Assembly (NCBI GenBank): GCA_011525845.1
Contig: WYBP01000015.1
Location: forward strand, 46,723 to 110,722
Direction: 5' to 3'
Length of the DNA: 64,000 bases
Source of the DNA: Gemmatimonadaceae bacterium
Lineage (GTDB): Bacteria; Gemmatimonadota; Gemmatimonadetes; Gemmatimonadales; Gemmatimonadaceae
Shown here: positions 8,957 through 18,912 of the stretch, piece by piece
How the letters are laid out: the number at the start of each line of letters is the position of its first letter
Numbering within the stretch: the stretch's first letter is position 1
Position numbers and translations under genes: made by a program
The notes under the pieces: model-generated
What the model was told of the DNA's origin: nothing
The model's database searches: none
Seen by the model: the letters and a program-made list of their open reading frames with translations, nothing else

Positions 8957-11935
8957 ATGACCCCTCCGCTGGTCGGCCGGTCTCGAGAGCTATCGCGCCT
9001 GACCGCGGCCCTGGATGAAGGCCGCATGGGGCGCGGCAGCGCGCACCTCGTGAGCGGCGAGGGTGGCATCGGCAAGACGCGGCTCACCCTCGCCGTCGCA
9101 GCACGAGCCCGGGAGCGCGGATACACCACGATCACGGGGCGCGCCTTCCCCGTGGAGACGGGGATCCCCTACGCGCTCTTCGCGGACGGCTTCGTGCCGC
9201 TGCTCCGCGAGATGTCACCCGCCGCGCTCCAGACGCTGACGCGCGGCGCGATGACCGAACTCGGCGTGCTCTTCCCGACCCTTCGCCCCGAGGGGGCCGA
9301 TCGCGCCCGTGCCTCGGACCCCGTGGACCTCAAGGCCCGGCTGCTCGACACATTCGCCGGGATCCTCGCGCGCCTGACGGAGCGGCAACCGCTGCTCCTC
9401 GTGCTCGAGAACCTGCAGTGGGCGGACCCCTCCTCGCTCGACCTATTCCACTTCGTCGCGCGGAGCGTGCGCGCCCAGCCGCTCGTGATGCTCGCGACGC
9501 ATAACGACGCGCAGCGTGAGGCGAACCGCGGTCTCCGCGCCGCCGAGCGCTCGCTGACGTCGCTCGGCGTCCTCGAACGGCACGCCCTATCGCCGCTCAC
9601 GGCCGCCGAGACCGAGGAGCTCGTCCTCGCCACCTTCGGCGAGCAGCGGGACGCGATCGGGGACTTCGGCGAGCGCGTCCACGCGCGCACACGGGGGAAC
9701 CCCTTCTTCGTCGAGGAGACGTTGAAGGCACTCGTGGCCAGCGGGCGCATCCGGCGGGAGGGCGAACGCTGGGTCGGGTGGAGCACGGAGCAGCTCGCGA
9801 TGCCCGACAGCATCCGCGACGCGCTCAGCCTCCGGTACGAGGCGCTGAGCGAGCGGGCGCAGCGCCTGGTGCAGGTGGCGGCCGCGGTGGGGACGCACGT
9901 GCCCCACGCGCTCCTGGCGCGGCTCGGCGGCGGGAGTGCCGCGGAGTTGCTCGCCACGATCGAGGAACTGCTGCGCGAGCACCTCTTCGAGGAGACGATG
10001 GGCGCCGCCGGGCCGGCGTACCTCTTCACGCACCCGCTCATGCAGGAGATGCTCTACGCCGAGATCAGCCGGGCGCGGGCGCAACGCCTGCACGGTGAGA
10101 TCGGGGACGCTCTCGAGGGCGCCTACGGTGCCGACGCCCTGGCGCATGCGGAGGAGCTCGCCGTGCACTTCCACCGCGCCGATGTGCACGACTACGGCGA
10201 GCGCGCGGTGCGCTACCTCGTCGAGGCGGGTCGGCTCGCCCTCGCCCGGGGCGCGGACCGTGAGGCGGTCGAGTCGCTGGAGGCGGCGCGCGCGCGCGTG
10301 GCGCCGACGGCGGACCAGGGCGTGCGCACGCGGGTCCATGATCTCCTCGCCCGTGCCCGGATGCGCACGGGTGACTACGTCGGCGCCGCGCGCCTGATCG
10401 ACGAGTCCCTGCAGCAGGCACGGTCCGGCGACGATGCGGCGCGCGTGGCCACGCTGGAGCGCCGCCTGGCCGTGGCGGTCGCGCGCCGCGGCGACATCCC
10501 CGCCGCGCTCGCGCACCTCGACGCCGGGCTCGCCGCCGCCGCGCGCGCCGCGGATCCGGTCGCGGCGACCGGGCTCCATCTCGCGCGCAGCAGCGCGCTG
10601 CTCGACGTGGGTCGCGGCGCCGAGGCGGAGGCGGATGCCAGGCGCGCCCTCGCGATCGCCACGCCGCTGGGCGACGCCCAGCTCCTCGCGCGCGTGCACC
10701 TCGCGCTCCAGTCGCTCGGCCTCTGGCAGGGTCCGAGCACCGCCGCGCTCGAGCACGGGGAGCGCGCGCTGGCCCTCGCCGCCGAGTGCGGCGACGTGCA
10801 CGCCGCGTGCAACGCGCGACTGACGCTCGCGATGCACGCGGGGCTCACGGGGGACGCGGTGGGTACCGCGCGGCACCTCGAGGCGGCGAGCGAGCTCGCG
10901 GAGCGGGCGCGCTCGCCGATCCTCCGGCTCTGGACCGCCGAGGTCTCGATCGAGTATCGCTCGGGCGTCGGCGAATGGGATGGCGCGCTCGCCCTCGCGG
11001 ACCGGACGATCGAGGAGGCGCGGTCGTTCAGCCAGGTGCTCCTCCTCCCGCGCCTGCTCGTCTGGTCGGCGCTGGTGCACCTCGGGCGGGGTGACTTCGA
11101 CGAGGCGAAGCGGAGGATCGACGAGGCCTGGGAGCTCTCGGGCGCGGATCGCGCGGAGGAGGACGAGACGGTGAACGTACACACCGCGGTCCCCGCGCAT
11201 GTCGGGCTCGGCTACTATCATCTGTACCGCAAGGAGTACCGGCAGGCGCTGAAGGTCGGGGAGCGCGGGCTCGCGATCGCCGATCGGACCGGGTACACCG
11301 TCTGGTCGGTCTACCGGCTGCTGCCGCTCGTGGCGGAGTCGAGTCTCTGGCTGAACGACTGGGAGGGCGCGCTGGCGTTCGCGAAGCGGCTGCGCGACGC
11401 GGCGGACCGGCTGGGGCACCCGCTCGCGCGCGCCTGGGCCGACGCGACGACCGCGCTCGAGATGCGGTTCACCGGCGACGTCGCGGGAGCGATCACCCGC
11501 CTGCGCGAGGCGGCCGGCGCGCTCGAGGCCATCCCGTTCCGGGAGCACGCGGCGCGGCTGCGCCGGAAGCTGGTGGAGCCCCTGGTGCAACTCGGGGACA
11601 CGCCGGGGGCGATCCGCGAGCTCCACGCGGTGCATGAGGTCTTCGCGCGGCTCGGGGCGCGCCCCGCGCTGGACGAGGTGCGCGAGAAGATGCGCGAGCT
11701 CGGCGCGCGCCCGCCGGCCCTCGTGCCGACGGTGAACGCCGGGGTGGGCGCGCTCACGCCGCGCGAGCACGACGTGGCGCGGCTCGCCGCGGCCGGCTCG
11801 GCCAACAAGGAGATCGGCGTGGCGCTCGGGATCTCCAAGCGCACGGTCGACACGCACCTCGCCAACATCTTCAAGAAGCTCAACGTCACCTCGCGTGTCG
11901 CGCTCTCCAACCATCTGCGCGACCAGGGGGCGTGA
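8957..11935 (+). CDS. STAND-type AAA ATPase / TPR / LuxR-HTH transcriptional regulator
   Basis: Walker A GEGGIGKT; FTHPLMQE; helical repeats; C-terminal LTPREHDVARLAAAGSANKEIG..TVDTHLANIFKKL. Confidence 0.9.
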   Translation: MTPPLVGRSRELSRLTAALDEGRMGRGSAHLVSGEGGIGKTRLTLAVAARARERGYTTITGRAFPVETGIPYALFADGFVPLLREMSPAALQTLTRGAMTELGVLFPTLRPEGADRARASDPVDLKARLLDTFAGILARLTERQPLLLVLENLQWADPSSLDLFHFVARSVRAQPLVMLATHNDAQREANRGLRAAERSLTSLGVLERHALSPLTAAETEELVLATFGEQRDAIGDFGERVHARTRGNPFFVEETLKALVASGRIRREGERWVGWSTEQLAMPDSIRDALSLRYEALSERAQRLVQVAAAVGTHVPHALLARLGGGSAAELLATIEELLREHLFEETMGAAGPAYLFTHPLMQEMLYAEISRARAQRLHGEIGDALEGAYGADALAHAEELAVHFHRADVHDYGERAVRYLVEAGRLALARGADREAVESLEAARARVAPTADQGVRTRVHDLLARARMRTGDYVGAARLIDESLQQARSGDDAARVATLERRLAVAVARRGDIPAALAHLDAGLAAAARAADPVAATGLHLARSSALLDVGRGAEAEADARRALAIATPLGDAQLLARVHLALQSLGLWQGPSTAALEHGERALALAAECGDVHAACNARLTLAMHAGLTGDAVGTARHLEAASELAERARSPILRLWTAEVSIEYRSGVGEWDGALALADRTIEEARSFSQVLLLPRLLVWSALVHLGRGDFDEAKRRIDEAWELSGADRAEEDETVNVHTAVPAHVGLGYYHLYRKEYRQALKVGERGLAIADRTGYTVWSVYRLLPLVAESSLWLNDWEGALAFAKRLRDAADRLGHPLARAWADATTALEMRFTGDVAGAITRLREAAGALEAIPFREHAARLRRKLVEPLVQLGDTPGAIRELHAVHEVFARLGARPALDEVREKMRELGARPPALVPTVNAGVGALTPREHDVARLAAAGSANKEIGVALGISKRTVDTHLANIFKKLNVTSRVALSNHLRDQGA

Positions 11936-11953
11936 CGCGCGCGGCGGCGCGGC

Positions 11954-14900
11954 TCAGAAGATGAGGCGGAAGCGGTGCGTCAACCAACGCTCGAGCGCGC
12001 TCTGCGGCGGGAGGAGGGCCGCGAGCTCGGCGGGATCCTCGGGCCACGCACTCTGCGCCACGATCGCGACCAGGTCGAGGTAGGGGATGACGCTGGGCCA
12101 CCCGGAGACCACGAGCGCCACCTCCCCGTCCGTCACCAGGCTTCGCGCATTCTGGTTGTGCGAGCCGATCAGTGCGTAGAAGACCACGCGCTCGCGCTCC
12201 GACGGGGGGAGCGCCGCATACCACTCGCGGATCGGGGCGTCCCCCACGGTGAGCGTCGCGTCCGCGATCGAGTCGAGGAGCCAGACGGCGTTGCGCCGCT
12301 GCTGGGCCTGTGCGATCCGCTGCTGGACGAACTCCGTCGTCATCGCCACCCACTCCGGGCGCGTCATGACGGTCCACGCCTCACGTGACGCCGCGAGGTT
12401 CGCCTTGAGATGCAGCTTGGGGTATCCCTCGGACTCGAAGTCCCCCGAGGTCTCGGGCACGAGGACGTCCCCCATCTGCGCGACCAGGGCCGCGAACTCC
12501 TCGTACACCGACGGCGGGAAGCCGAAGAGGGTGCGCAGCCAGGCGTGCTCGGCGAAGGTGCGCCGGGACGCCTTGAGCTTGCCGCCGATGTCCGTGACCG
12601 CAAGCGTCGACGAGAAGAGCCCGACCCGCAGGAGCCCGCCTCGCTCCTCGAGCTCCGGCGCGAGGTCGCGTGAGACTGCGATCAGTCGCCAGAGCAGTTC
12701 GTAGGCCTGCTGCAGCGATCCGAAGGCGGTCACCGGCGAGTTGGCGTACGAGGGGGCGATCACCAGCACGCGTCCGCCGCGGAGCGCGCACCCGGCGAGC
12801 GCCGCCGCCCAGAACGAGGCGTTCCAGAGCGAATCCGGCACCTTGATCACCGAGCCGGGCGGCATGAGGGTGTAGAGGATCGCCTTCGTGACGTTCACGT
12901 CCTTCCGCGCATATCCGGTGGCGTTGTGCACCCCGACGGCGCGCTGCATCCCCCGCGCGCCCTCTCCCGCCTCCCGCACGCGCGCGTCATACCCGGCCGC
13001 ACGTTCGCGTGGCCGCAGTGCCCAGGGGATCCGGTCGGGGGTGAGCCCCTGCTCGAGCAGCAGGTCGCGCGCCGCGCCCTTCAGGTGCAGCGCGGCGGGT
13101 CCCTGCAGGAGCAGCGAGCGGTCCTCCCAGGTGGTGTTGGAGTAGTTCTCCCCCACGCCCGCGCCCGTGAACATCGCCTCGCCGCGGTATGGGTCCTCCT
13201 CCGAGATGTCGTAGAACGAGATCTTGCGGTGGTCGCGCAGGAAGTTGTCCGGCGTCGCGAGCGGCGGGGCGAGCCGGCGACTCCAGAAGGACCACTCCGC
13301 CGTGTTCGTGACGCTGACGTGGACCTTGACCAGGTCGTGGAGCCAGCGCTCTCCGTACTGGATGCGCTGCTTCTGGAGGAGGGGGGACGCGGCCACGGCG
13401 GCGCGCAGGGTGTCCTGCGCCGCCCGGAGTTCCGTCTCCCATTGCGAGAAGTCGGACGGCAGCCGCACCGTGTGGCGCATCGGGTCCTCGAGCAGGGTCA
13501 GCCAGAGCCGCGCCTTCCGCCAACTGTAGAACCACTCGTCGATGAAGATGAGGTACGACGGGAAGGTGCCGGTGGCGTCGTAGGCGCGGACGCGCTCGGT
13601 CATCGCGCGCAGGTACGAGGCGACCACGTGCCGATACGACTGCTCATCCGGGTCACCGCCGTCGTCGATGCCGCGGAAGTCGTGGACCCAGAGCACGTGG
13701 TACTCGCGGGCCGCACGGATCATCCGCGAGAACTGGTACTGCGCCTGCTCGTTGATGACGTAGGAGAGCCGGTTCCCCTCCGAGAACGCGGTGTTCGTCG
13801 CCCGCTCGATGAGCGCGTCGATCTCGGCCTGCGTGTCGTGCTCCTCCGGGAGGAGCGCGTACTGCAGCGGAAGCCAGACGACGCGCGAATCGCGCCACTC
13901 GGCATGGATGCGTGCCCGGTTCTCCTCCACGAGGTCGAGGAGCGCGATGAAGACGCCGAGCACGCGGTCCATGGCCTCCGCGGGAACGCCGGACTCGACG
14001 TGCAGCCACCGCAGGAAGAGGCCACGGGCGTGCCGCGCGAACTCGTTCGTCGTGTCCTCATCCTTGGCCTGGCCGAGCAGGCGGTCGTAGGGGAGCAGCA
14101 CCTCGTCGAGGAGTATGGTGCGCGCCTGCGCGGCGACGGACTGGGCGAGCGCGTCCTCCTGGCGCGTGAGCGGGGCTCCCGACACGGGCGCGAGCGCACC
14201 GGCGAACGCCCGCACGAGCGCCGCGTGGTACCGCCGCACCTCGTCCTCGATCAGCCGCGGGGTCCGGCGGCCGGAGGCATCGACGGTCGAGAGGTCTCCG
14301 CGCAGGGCCGCGATCTGCGCGAGCACCTCCGATTCCGACCGCGCCGTGTTCGACGACCGGTGGTCGAGCCAGGGGACCGTGAACCTGCCGATCCACGCGG
14401 CATGCAGGTTCGCCTCCGCGAGCGCGGTCCGGACCGTCGGCCGCGGAGGCTCGGAACCGGCTGCCACCCGTGATGGCGAAAGGCGGACATGGTCGCGCGG
14501 CGGCCTCGCGCGACCGGGGGGAATCCTGCGCTGGAAGGGCTTCTCCAACCCGAGGCTCACGAACCGGTCGCCCGTGAACCCGACGTCGAGCCTGAGAGCG
14601 CTCCCGTCCGAGAAGAGGCCACCACGTCGCACCGGGCGCACGAAGGATGCGAACCACCGCGTACGCGGGGAGACGAAGGTGTGGTCCACCCCCACGCCCA
14701 GGCGGGCGAAGGGGATCATCAAGCGCGCGCGAACGCCTCCGTCCGGTTCGCCCGTCCCGGTCCCGCCGAACGCCTCCAACTGGATGGCACTCAAGCCGGT
14801 GAGCGCGTTCCCGAGGGGCCGCCAGACCGAGCCGCGCACTTCACCGGTGGCCCAGTCCTGCCCCTCCGCATGCTGGGCGGCCAGGGCAACGCCGGCGGAC

Positions 14901-15028
14901 CAGCGCCAGAGGTCGGGCTGGCCGATCGAGGGCGTCCGCACACCGCCGGCGGGGTCGCGCGACTGGGCGGCGGAAGGGGTCGTCCCCCCGACGGTCGCCC
15001 CGATGGTCGCACCGAGGAGGAGCGCCAT
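11954..15028 (-). CDS. Large exported protein with a divergent phospholipase D / cardiolipin-synthase-like module
   Basis: Signal peptide; HRKISFYD (HxKxxxxD) followed by FTG..WEDRSLLLQGP; second half has HLK and IGSHNQNARS. Confidence 0.65.
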   Translation of the reverse strand: MALLLGATIGATVGGTTPSAAQSRDPAGGVRTPSIGQPDLWRWSAGVALAAQHAEGQDWATGEVRGSVWRPLGNALTGLSAIQLEAFGGTGTGEPDGGVRARLMIPFARLGVGVDHTFVSPRTRWFASFVRPVRRGGLFSDGSALRLDVGFTGDRFVSLGLEKPFQRRIPPGRARPPRDHVRLSPSRVAAGSEPPRPTVRTALAEANLHAAWIGRFTVPWLDHRSSNTARSESEVLAQIAALRGDLSTVDASGRRTPRLIEDEVRRYHAALVRAFAGALAPVSGAPLTRQEDALAQSVAAQARTILLDEVLLPYDRLLGQAKDEDTTNEFARHARGLFLRWLHVESGVPAEAMDRVLGVFIALLDLVEENRARIHAEWRDSRVVWLPLQYALLPEEHDTQAEIDALIERATNTAFSEGNRLSYVINEQAQYQFSRMIRAAREYHVLWVHDFRGIDDGGDPDEQSYRHVVASYLRAMTERVRAYDATGTFPSYLIFIDEWFYSWRKARLWLTLLEDPMRHTVRLPSDFSQWETELRAAQDTLRAAVAASPLLQKQRIQYGERWLHDLVKVHVSVTNTAEWSFWSRRLAPPLATPDNFLRDHRKISFYDISEEDPYRGEAMFTGAGVGENYSNTTWEDRSLLLQGPAALHLKGAARDLLLEQGLTPDRIPWALRPRERAAGYDARVREAGEGARGMQRAVGVHNATGYARKDVNVTKAILYTLMPPGSVIKVPDSLWNASFWAAALAGCALRGGRVLVIAPSYANSPVTAFGSLQQAYELLWRLIAVSRDLAPELEERGGLLRVGLFSSTLAVTDIGGKLKASRRTFAEHAWLRTLFGFPPSVYEEFAALVAQMGDVLVPETSGDFESEGYPKLHLKANLAASREAWTVMTRPEWVAMTTEFVQQRIAQAQQRRNAVWLLDSIADATLTVGDAPIREWYAALPPSERERVVFYALIGSHNQNARSLVTDGEVALVVSGWPSVIPYLDLVAIVAQSAWPEDPAELAALLPPQSALERWLTHRFRLIF

Positions 15029-15222
15029 GGACCGGAACTGGCGGCTGGGTCGCAGGATTCGAGTCCGGGCGCGAGGGGAGGGCGACCCATCTAGGTATCC
15101 CGCCGTCGGCTCCTACGTCAAGCCCGCCGGGAGGGTGCGTCACCCTACCGATGGGACGGGAAACGCGTGGAGGGCATCGTGTCGCCTGAGTGCAGCGATC
15201 ATCCACCCACCAGGAGCCTCCG

Positions 15223-16038
15223 GTGACCCTCCCCTGCCCCTCACTCCGCAGCGCCGCGCGCTGGCTCGTGGCGCTCGCGCTGATCCCGGGCGCGAAGGCC
15301 TCGGCGACCGAGACGCAGGATCGACTGCTCGTGACAGTGGAGGCAGCCGACCCCTCGCCGCAGCACATCGCGCTCGCCGAGCGGATCGACCGCGACCTCA
15401 TGGCCTACCGATTCCGCGTGGAGGCCGTGGACGCCGAGGGACGCGAGGTGGCACTCCCGACGGCGACGACATTGGCGATGAGGATCGGGACGGGCGACCG
15501 CGGCAGTGACCTGCTGTTCAATGAGGCTCTCCGGGAACTCACGATCCCGCGGCCGTGGGCGCTCCGCCTGCGCACCGAGGACTCGCTCCACTTCGTCGTG
15601 GAGTCCCACGGGACGTCGGTCCGGGTGATCAGGCTGCGAGTCAGCATCGAGTTCGAGCCGGCCGAGCGCGAGCGGAGCCGGCTGGCCATCACGTCGGCGC
15701 GGGCCGACAACCGCGTCGCATACGATCAGCCGGCCGGCACCTGGGAGTGGACGCAGCCGATGGACGGTCGGCTGATCGCGATCTCCGGCCTCGCGCTCGC
15801 GCACGTCCGGAAGGTCGCCCTCGTGGATGTCGGAAGCGGGCGAGTGGTCTGGAGCGCCGACCTGGGAGGCGAGATGTCGCTCGCGTCGAGCGGGAGCGGA
15901 TCGCCGGCGCTCCGCCTCGGGGTGCCCGTCGCCGCAGGCCGTGTCTACCGTCTCGTGACCGACTGTCCCTGCCGCCTCCCGGCAGAGAGCGAGGAGGAGC
16001 CGGTGGTGGCGCTGGTGCTGCCCAAGGCGGCGCCCTGA
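15223..16038 (+). CDS. Secreted hypothetical protein
   Basis: GTG start after AGGAG; signal-like WLVALALIPGAKASA; fills the gap between opposite-strand genes. Confidence 0.6.
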   Translation: MTLPCPSLRSAARWLVALALIPGAKASATETQDRLLVTVEAADPSPQHIALAERIDRDLMAYRFRVEAVDAEGREVALPTATTLAMRIGTGDRGSDLLFNEALRELTIPRPWALRLRTEDSLHFVVESHGTSVRVIRLRVSIEFEPAERERSRLAITSARADNRVAYDQPAGTWEWTQPMDGRLIAISGLALAHVRKVALVDVGSGRVVWSADLGGEMSLASSGSGSPALRLGVPVAAGRVYRLVTDCPCRLPAESEEEPVVALVLPKAAP

Positions 16039-16059
16039 GCGACGGGCCGCCGTGGCAGC

Positions 16060-17091
16060 CTAGTAGTTGACGAGATGATTCCCGGTGTTCAGCGCGACGC
16101 CCACGCGCACGGAGTTCAGGCGTGACTTGTAGAGGATGTTGTAGTAGTCCTGGCCGTAGTAGTACTGCACGTAGAGCCCCGTCTCCCGCAGGATCTCCGG
16201 CAGCACGAGATAAGACACGGAGAAGTTGACGCGCTCCATCGCGATGAACTTCGTGATCCCGAACTGCCGGTCGAGGATGTATTGCCAGGCGAACGCGATG
16301 TTCGAGTTCATCGGCCACCGCCCGAGGGTGAACGGGACGCGTCCCTGCGAGGAGCCGAAGAGGCGGTACCGGCCGTACTGGTCCCGGCTGTCCCCCGTCC
16401 TCCGGAGCGCGCCGGTCTCGTTGAGCGTCAGGTACACGCGGATCCCGACGCTCGAACTCGTCGCACGGCGGCCGCGTGAGAACTCCGTGAAGGCGATGTC
16501 GACGAAATTCGTCGTGAAGCTTCCGGTCTCGGTGTTGATGGTGCGGGTCGAGTCGGGCAGGTAGAACGGTCCACCCTGGCCGTTCGAGTGGTGGCTGAAG
16601 GTGAGCGAGAACACCTCGGCGAGCGTGTCGGGCAGCACCTCACCGCCAATAAGCTGCCGCTTCCGCCGCAGGTGGATGGTCGCGCGGGGCATATAGCTCG
16701 GCCCACGGACGGTGAACGAGCTGTCCGCGCGCATGCGCACGAGGATCTTCGGCGTGAGCTCGATCCCCAGCCGCTCCCCGAACGCGTAGAGGTGCGGTGC
16801 GATGTTGGCCTCGAAGAGCACCTTGCCGGAGAGTCCCTGCCGGCCACCCATGGTGACGTAACTCAGCTCTGCAGCGCGCTCCATGGAGCTGCGGAACTGT
16901 GCGGGGTCGCGATACCCGCTGTCCGTCGCCGCCGGTGGGGTGAGCGGGGCGACTTGGGCGTGGGCGATGCCGCTCCGGCCAAGGCTCAGGGAGCCCGCGA
17001 GGCAGAGGAGAGCGCCCCAGCGCCGCGCGAACCGCCCGACACCATGTCGTCCGACTGTGGCGCCGGACCGTCTGGCGCGCCGTGGGATCAT
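16060..17091 (-). CDS. Outer-membrane phospholipase A (OMPLA)-like beta-barrel; start uncertain
   Basis: Signal ending AHA-Q; SHHSNG resembles the OMPLA HxSNG catalytic motif; aromatic-rich C-terminal strands GLYVQYYYGQDYYNI..VRVGV. Confidence 0.65.
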   Translation of the reverse strand: MIPRRARRSGATVGRHGVGRFARRWGALLCLAGSLSLGRSGIAHAQVAPLTPPAATDSGYRDPAQFRSSMERAAELSYVTMGGRQGLSGKVLFEANIAPHLYAFGERLGIELTPKILVRMRADSSFTVRGPSYMPRATIHLRRKRQLIGGEVLPDTLAEVFSLTFSHHSNGQGGPFYLPDSTRTINTETGSFTTNFVDIAFTEFSRGRRATSSSVGIRVYLTLNETGALRRTGDSRDQYGRYRLFGSSQGRVPFTLGRWPMNSNIAFAWQYILDRQFGITKFIAMERVNFSVSYLVLPEILRETGLYVQYYYGQDYYNILYKSRLNSVRVGVALNTGNHLVNY

Positions 17092-17172
17092 GGGGGCAGA
17101 ATCTTGTGTGCGTCGTGGCATCCCGCCAGACGTCTTCGAGTCCTCCGACCCGCCCTCCCAGCATCCCGCATC

Positions 17173-17718
17173 ATGCACGCTGAGCTCGCCACTCGCTTCA
17201 TCGCCCGCTCCTGCTACTACCTCGGCGTCGAGTACCCCGGGAAGATCCGCCTCGCCCTCGAGGCGATGCCGGCCGACCGCCTCTGGCACCGCGCGCAGCC
17301 GACCTCGAACAGCGCCGGCAACCTCCTCCTCCACCTCGCCGGGAACGTGCGCCAGTGGATCGTGACCGGCGTCGGCGGCGCGCCCGACGTGCGCGACCGC
17401 GACGCCGAGTTCGCGGCGCGGGACGGCGCGGGGCTCGCCGAGCTGCTCGCGAACCTCGACGCCGCGTGTGCGGAGGCGGTCGCCGTGATCAAGCGGCTCG
17501 ACGCGACCGCCCTCGGCGAGTCGCGGACGATCCAGGGCCGCCAGACCGACGTGCTCTCCGCCATCTATCATGTGGTGGAGCACTTCTCCGGCCATACCGG
17601 GCAGCTGATCATGATGGCGAAGGACGCCGCGCCGCCGGGCGCGGTGCGCTTCTACGACGACACGGGCGGGCTCGCGCGGCCGCTCTTCCTCTCCCAGGGG
17701 ATGACGGACGCGCCCTGA
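17173..17718 (+). CDS. DinB/DUF1572-family protein
   Basis: NSAGNLLLHLAGNVRQWI..RDRDAEF..HVVEHFSGHTGQ. Confidence 0.85.
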   Translation: MHAELATRFIARSCYYLGVEYPGKIRLALEAMPADRLWHRAQPTSNSAGNLLLHLAGNVRQWIVTGVGGAPDVRDRDAEFAARDGAGLAELLANLDAACAEAVAVIKRLDATALGESRTIQGRQTDVLSAIYHVVEHFSGHTGQLIMMAKDAAPPGAVRFYDDTGGLARPLFLSQGMTDAP

Positions 17719-17760
17719 GCGCCGACGTCGCACCCCGCGACCCCCACGGACCCGACCCCG

Positions 17761-18912
17761 ATGATCGCGGACCTCATGAAGAAGGAGTCGGCGGGCGGCG
17801 TGCTGCTCATGCTCGCCGCGCTGCTGGCGATCATCTGCTCCAACACGCCGGTCGCCCCGCTCTACGACCTGCTCCTCTCCACGCCGGTCGCGCTCCGCGT
17901 CGGCCCGATCGAGGTGGCGAAGCCGCTGCTCCTCTGGATCAACGACGGCCTGATGGCGGTCTTCTTCTTCCTGGTGGGGCTGGAGCTCAAGCGCGAGGCG
18001 ATGGTGGGACAGCTGGCGGACCGGAAGAGCCTCGTGCTCCCGGCCGCGGGCGCGCTCGGGGGGATGCTCGTGCCCGCGGCGATCTACGTCCTGCTCAACC
18101 TCGACAACCCGGTGGCGCTGCAGGGCTGGGCGATCCCGGCGGCCACGGACATCGCCTTCGCGCTCGGCATCCTGGCGCTGCTCGGGAGCGGCGTGCCCGT
18201 GAGCCTCAAGATCTTCCTGACCACGGTGGCGATCTTCGACGACCTGGGCGCGATCCTCATCATCGCGTTCTTCTACACGGCCAACATCTCGCTCACGGCG
18301 CTCCTGGTGGCCGCCGCCTGCGTGCTGGCGCTCGCCCTCATGAACATCCGCGGCGTCACCACCAAGGGCCCGTACTTCCTGCTCGGCGCGATCATGTGGG
18401 TGGCCACCCTCAAGTCCGGGGTGCACGCCACCCTCGCCGGCGTGATCCTCGCGCTCTTCATCCCGCTCCGCGGGGAGACCGAGGGTACCTCCCCGCTCCG
18501 CGAGCTCGAGCACGACCTGCACGGCCTGGTGGCCTTCTTCGTGCTCCCCGTCTTCGCGTTCGCCAACGCGGGGATCAGCTTCGCGGGGATGACCGCGGCC
18601 CAGGCGTTCCACGGCGTGCCCGTGGGGATCGCCGCCGGGCTCTTCATCGGGAAGCAGGTCGGCGTCTTCGGGCTCGGGTGGCTCGCCCTCAAGCTCAAGA
18701 TCGCCGCGATGCCCGAGGGGATGAGCCTCAAGGGCCTGTACGGGGTGGCCGCCCTCTGCGGCGTGGGGTTCACGATGAGCCTCTTCATCGGCTCGCTGGC
18801 GTTCGAGGAGACGGGCGTGGACCTTCTCTTCGACGAGCGACTGGGGATCATCGCGGGGTCGGTGGCCTCCGGACTGCTCGGATACTTCCTCCTGCGCTCG
18901 GAGCTGCGATGA
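17761..18912 (+). CDS. nhaA: Na+/H+ antiporter NhaA
   Basis: WINDGLMAVFFFLVGLELKRE, GWAIPAATDIAFALG, AIFDDLGAI, CGVGFTMSLFI. Confidence 0.95.
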   Translation: MIADLMKKESAGGVLLMLAALLAIICSNTPVAPLYDLLLSTPVALRVGPIEVAKPLLLWINDGLMAVFFFLVGLELKREAMVGQLADRKSLVLPAAGALGGMLVPAAIYVLLNLDNPVALQGWAIPAATDIAFALGILALLGSGVPVSLKIFLTTVAIFDDLGAILIIAFFYTANISLTALLVAAACVLALALMNIRGVTTKGPYFLLGAIMWVATLKSGVHATLAGVILALFIPLRGETEGTSPLRELEHDLHGLVAFFVLPVFAFANAGISFAGMTAAQAFHGVPVGIAAGLFIGKQVGVFGLGWLALKLKIAAMPEGMSLKGLYGVAALCGVGFTMSLFIGSLAFEETGVDLLFDERLGIIAGSVASGLLGYFLLRSELR

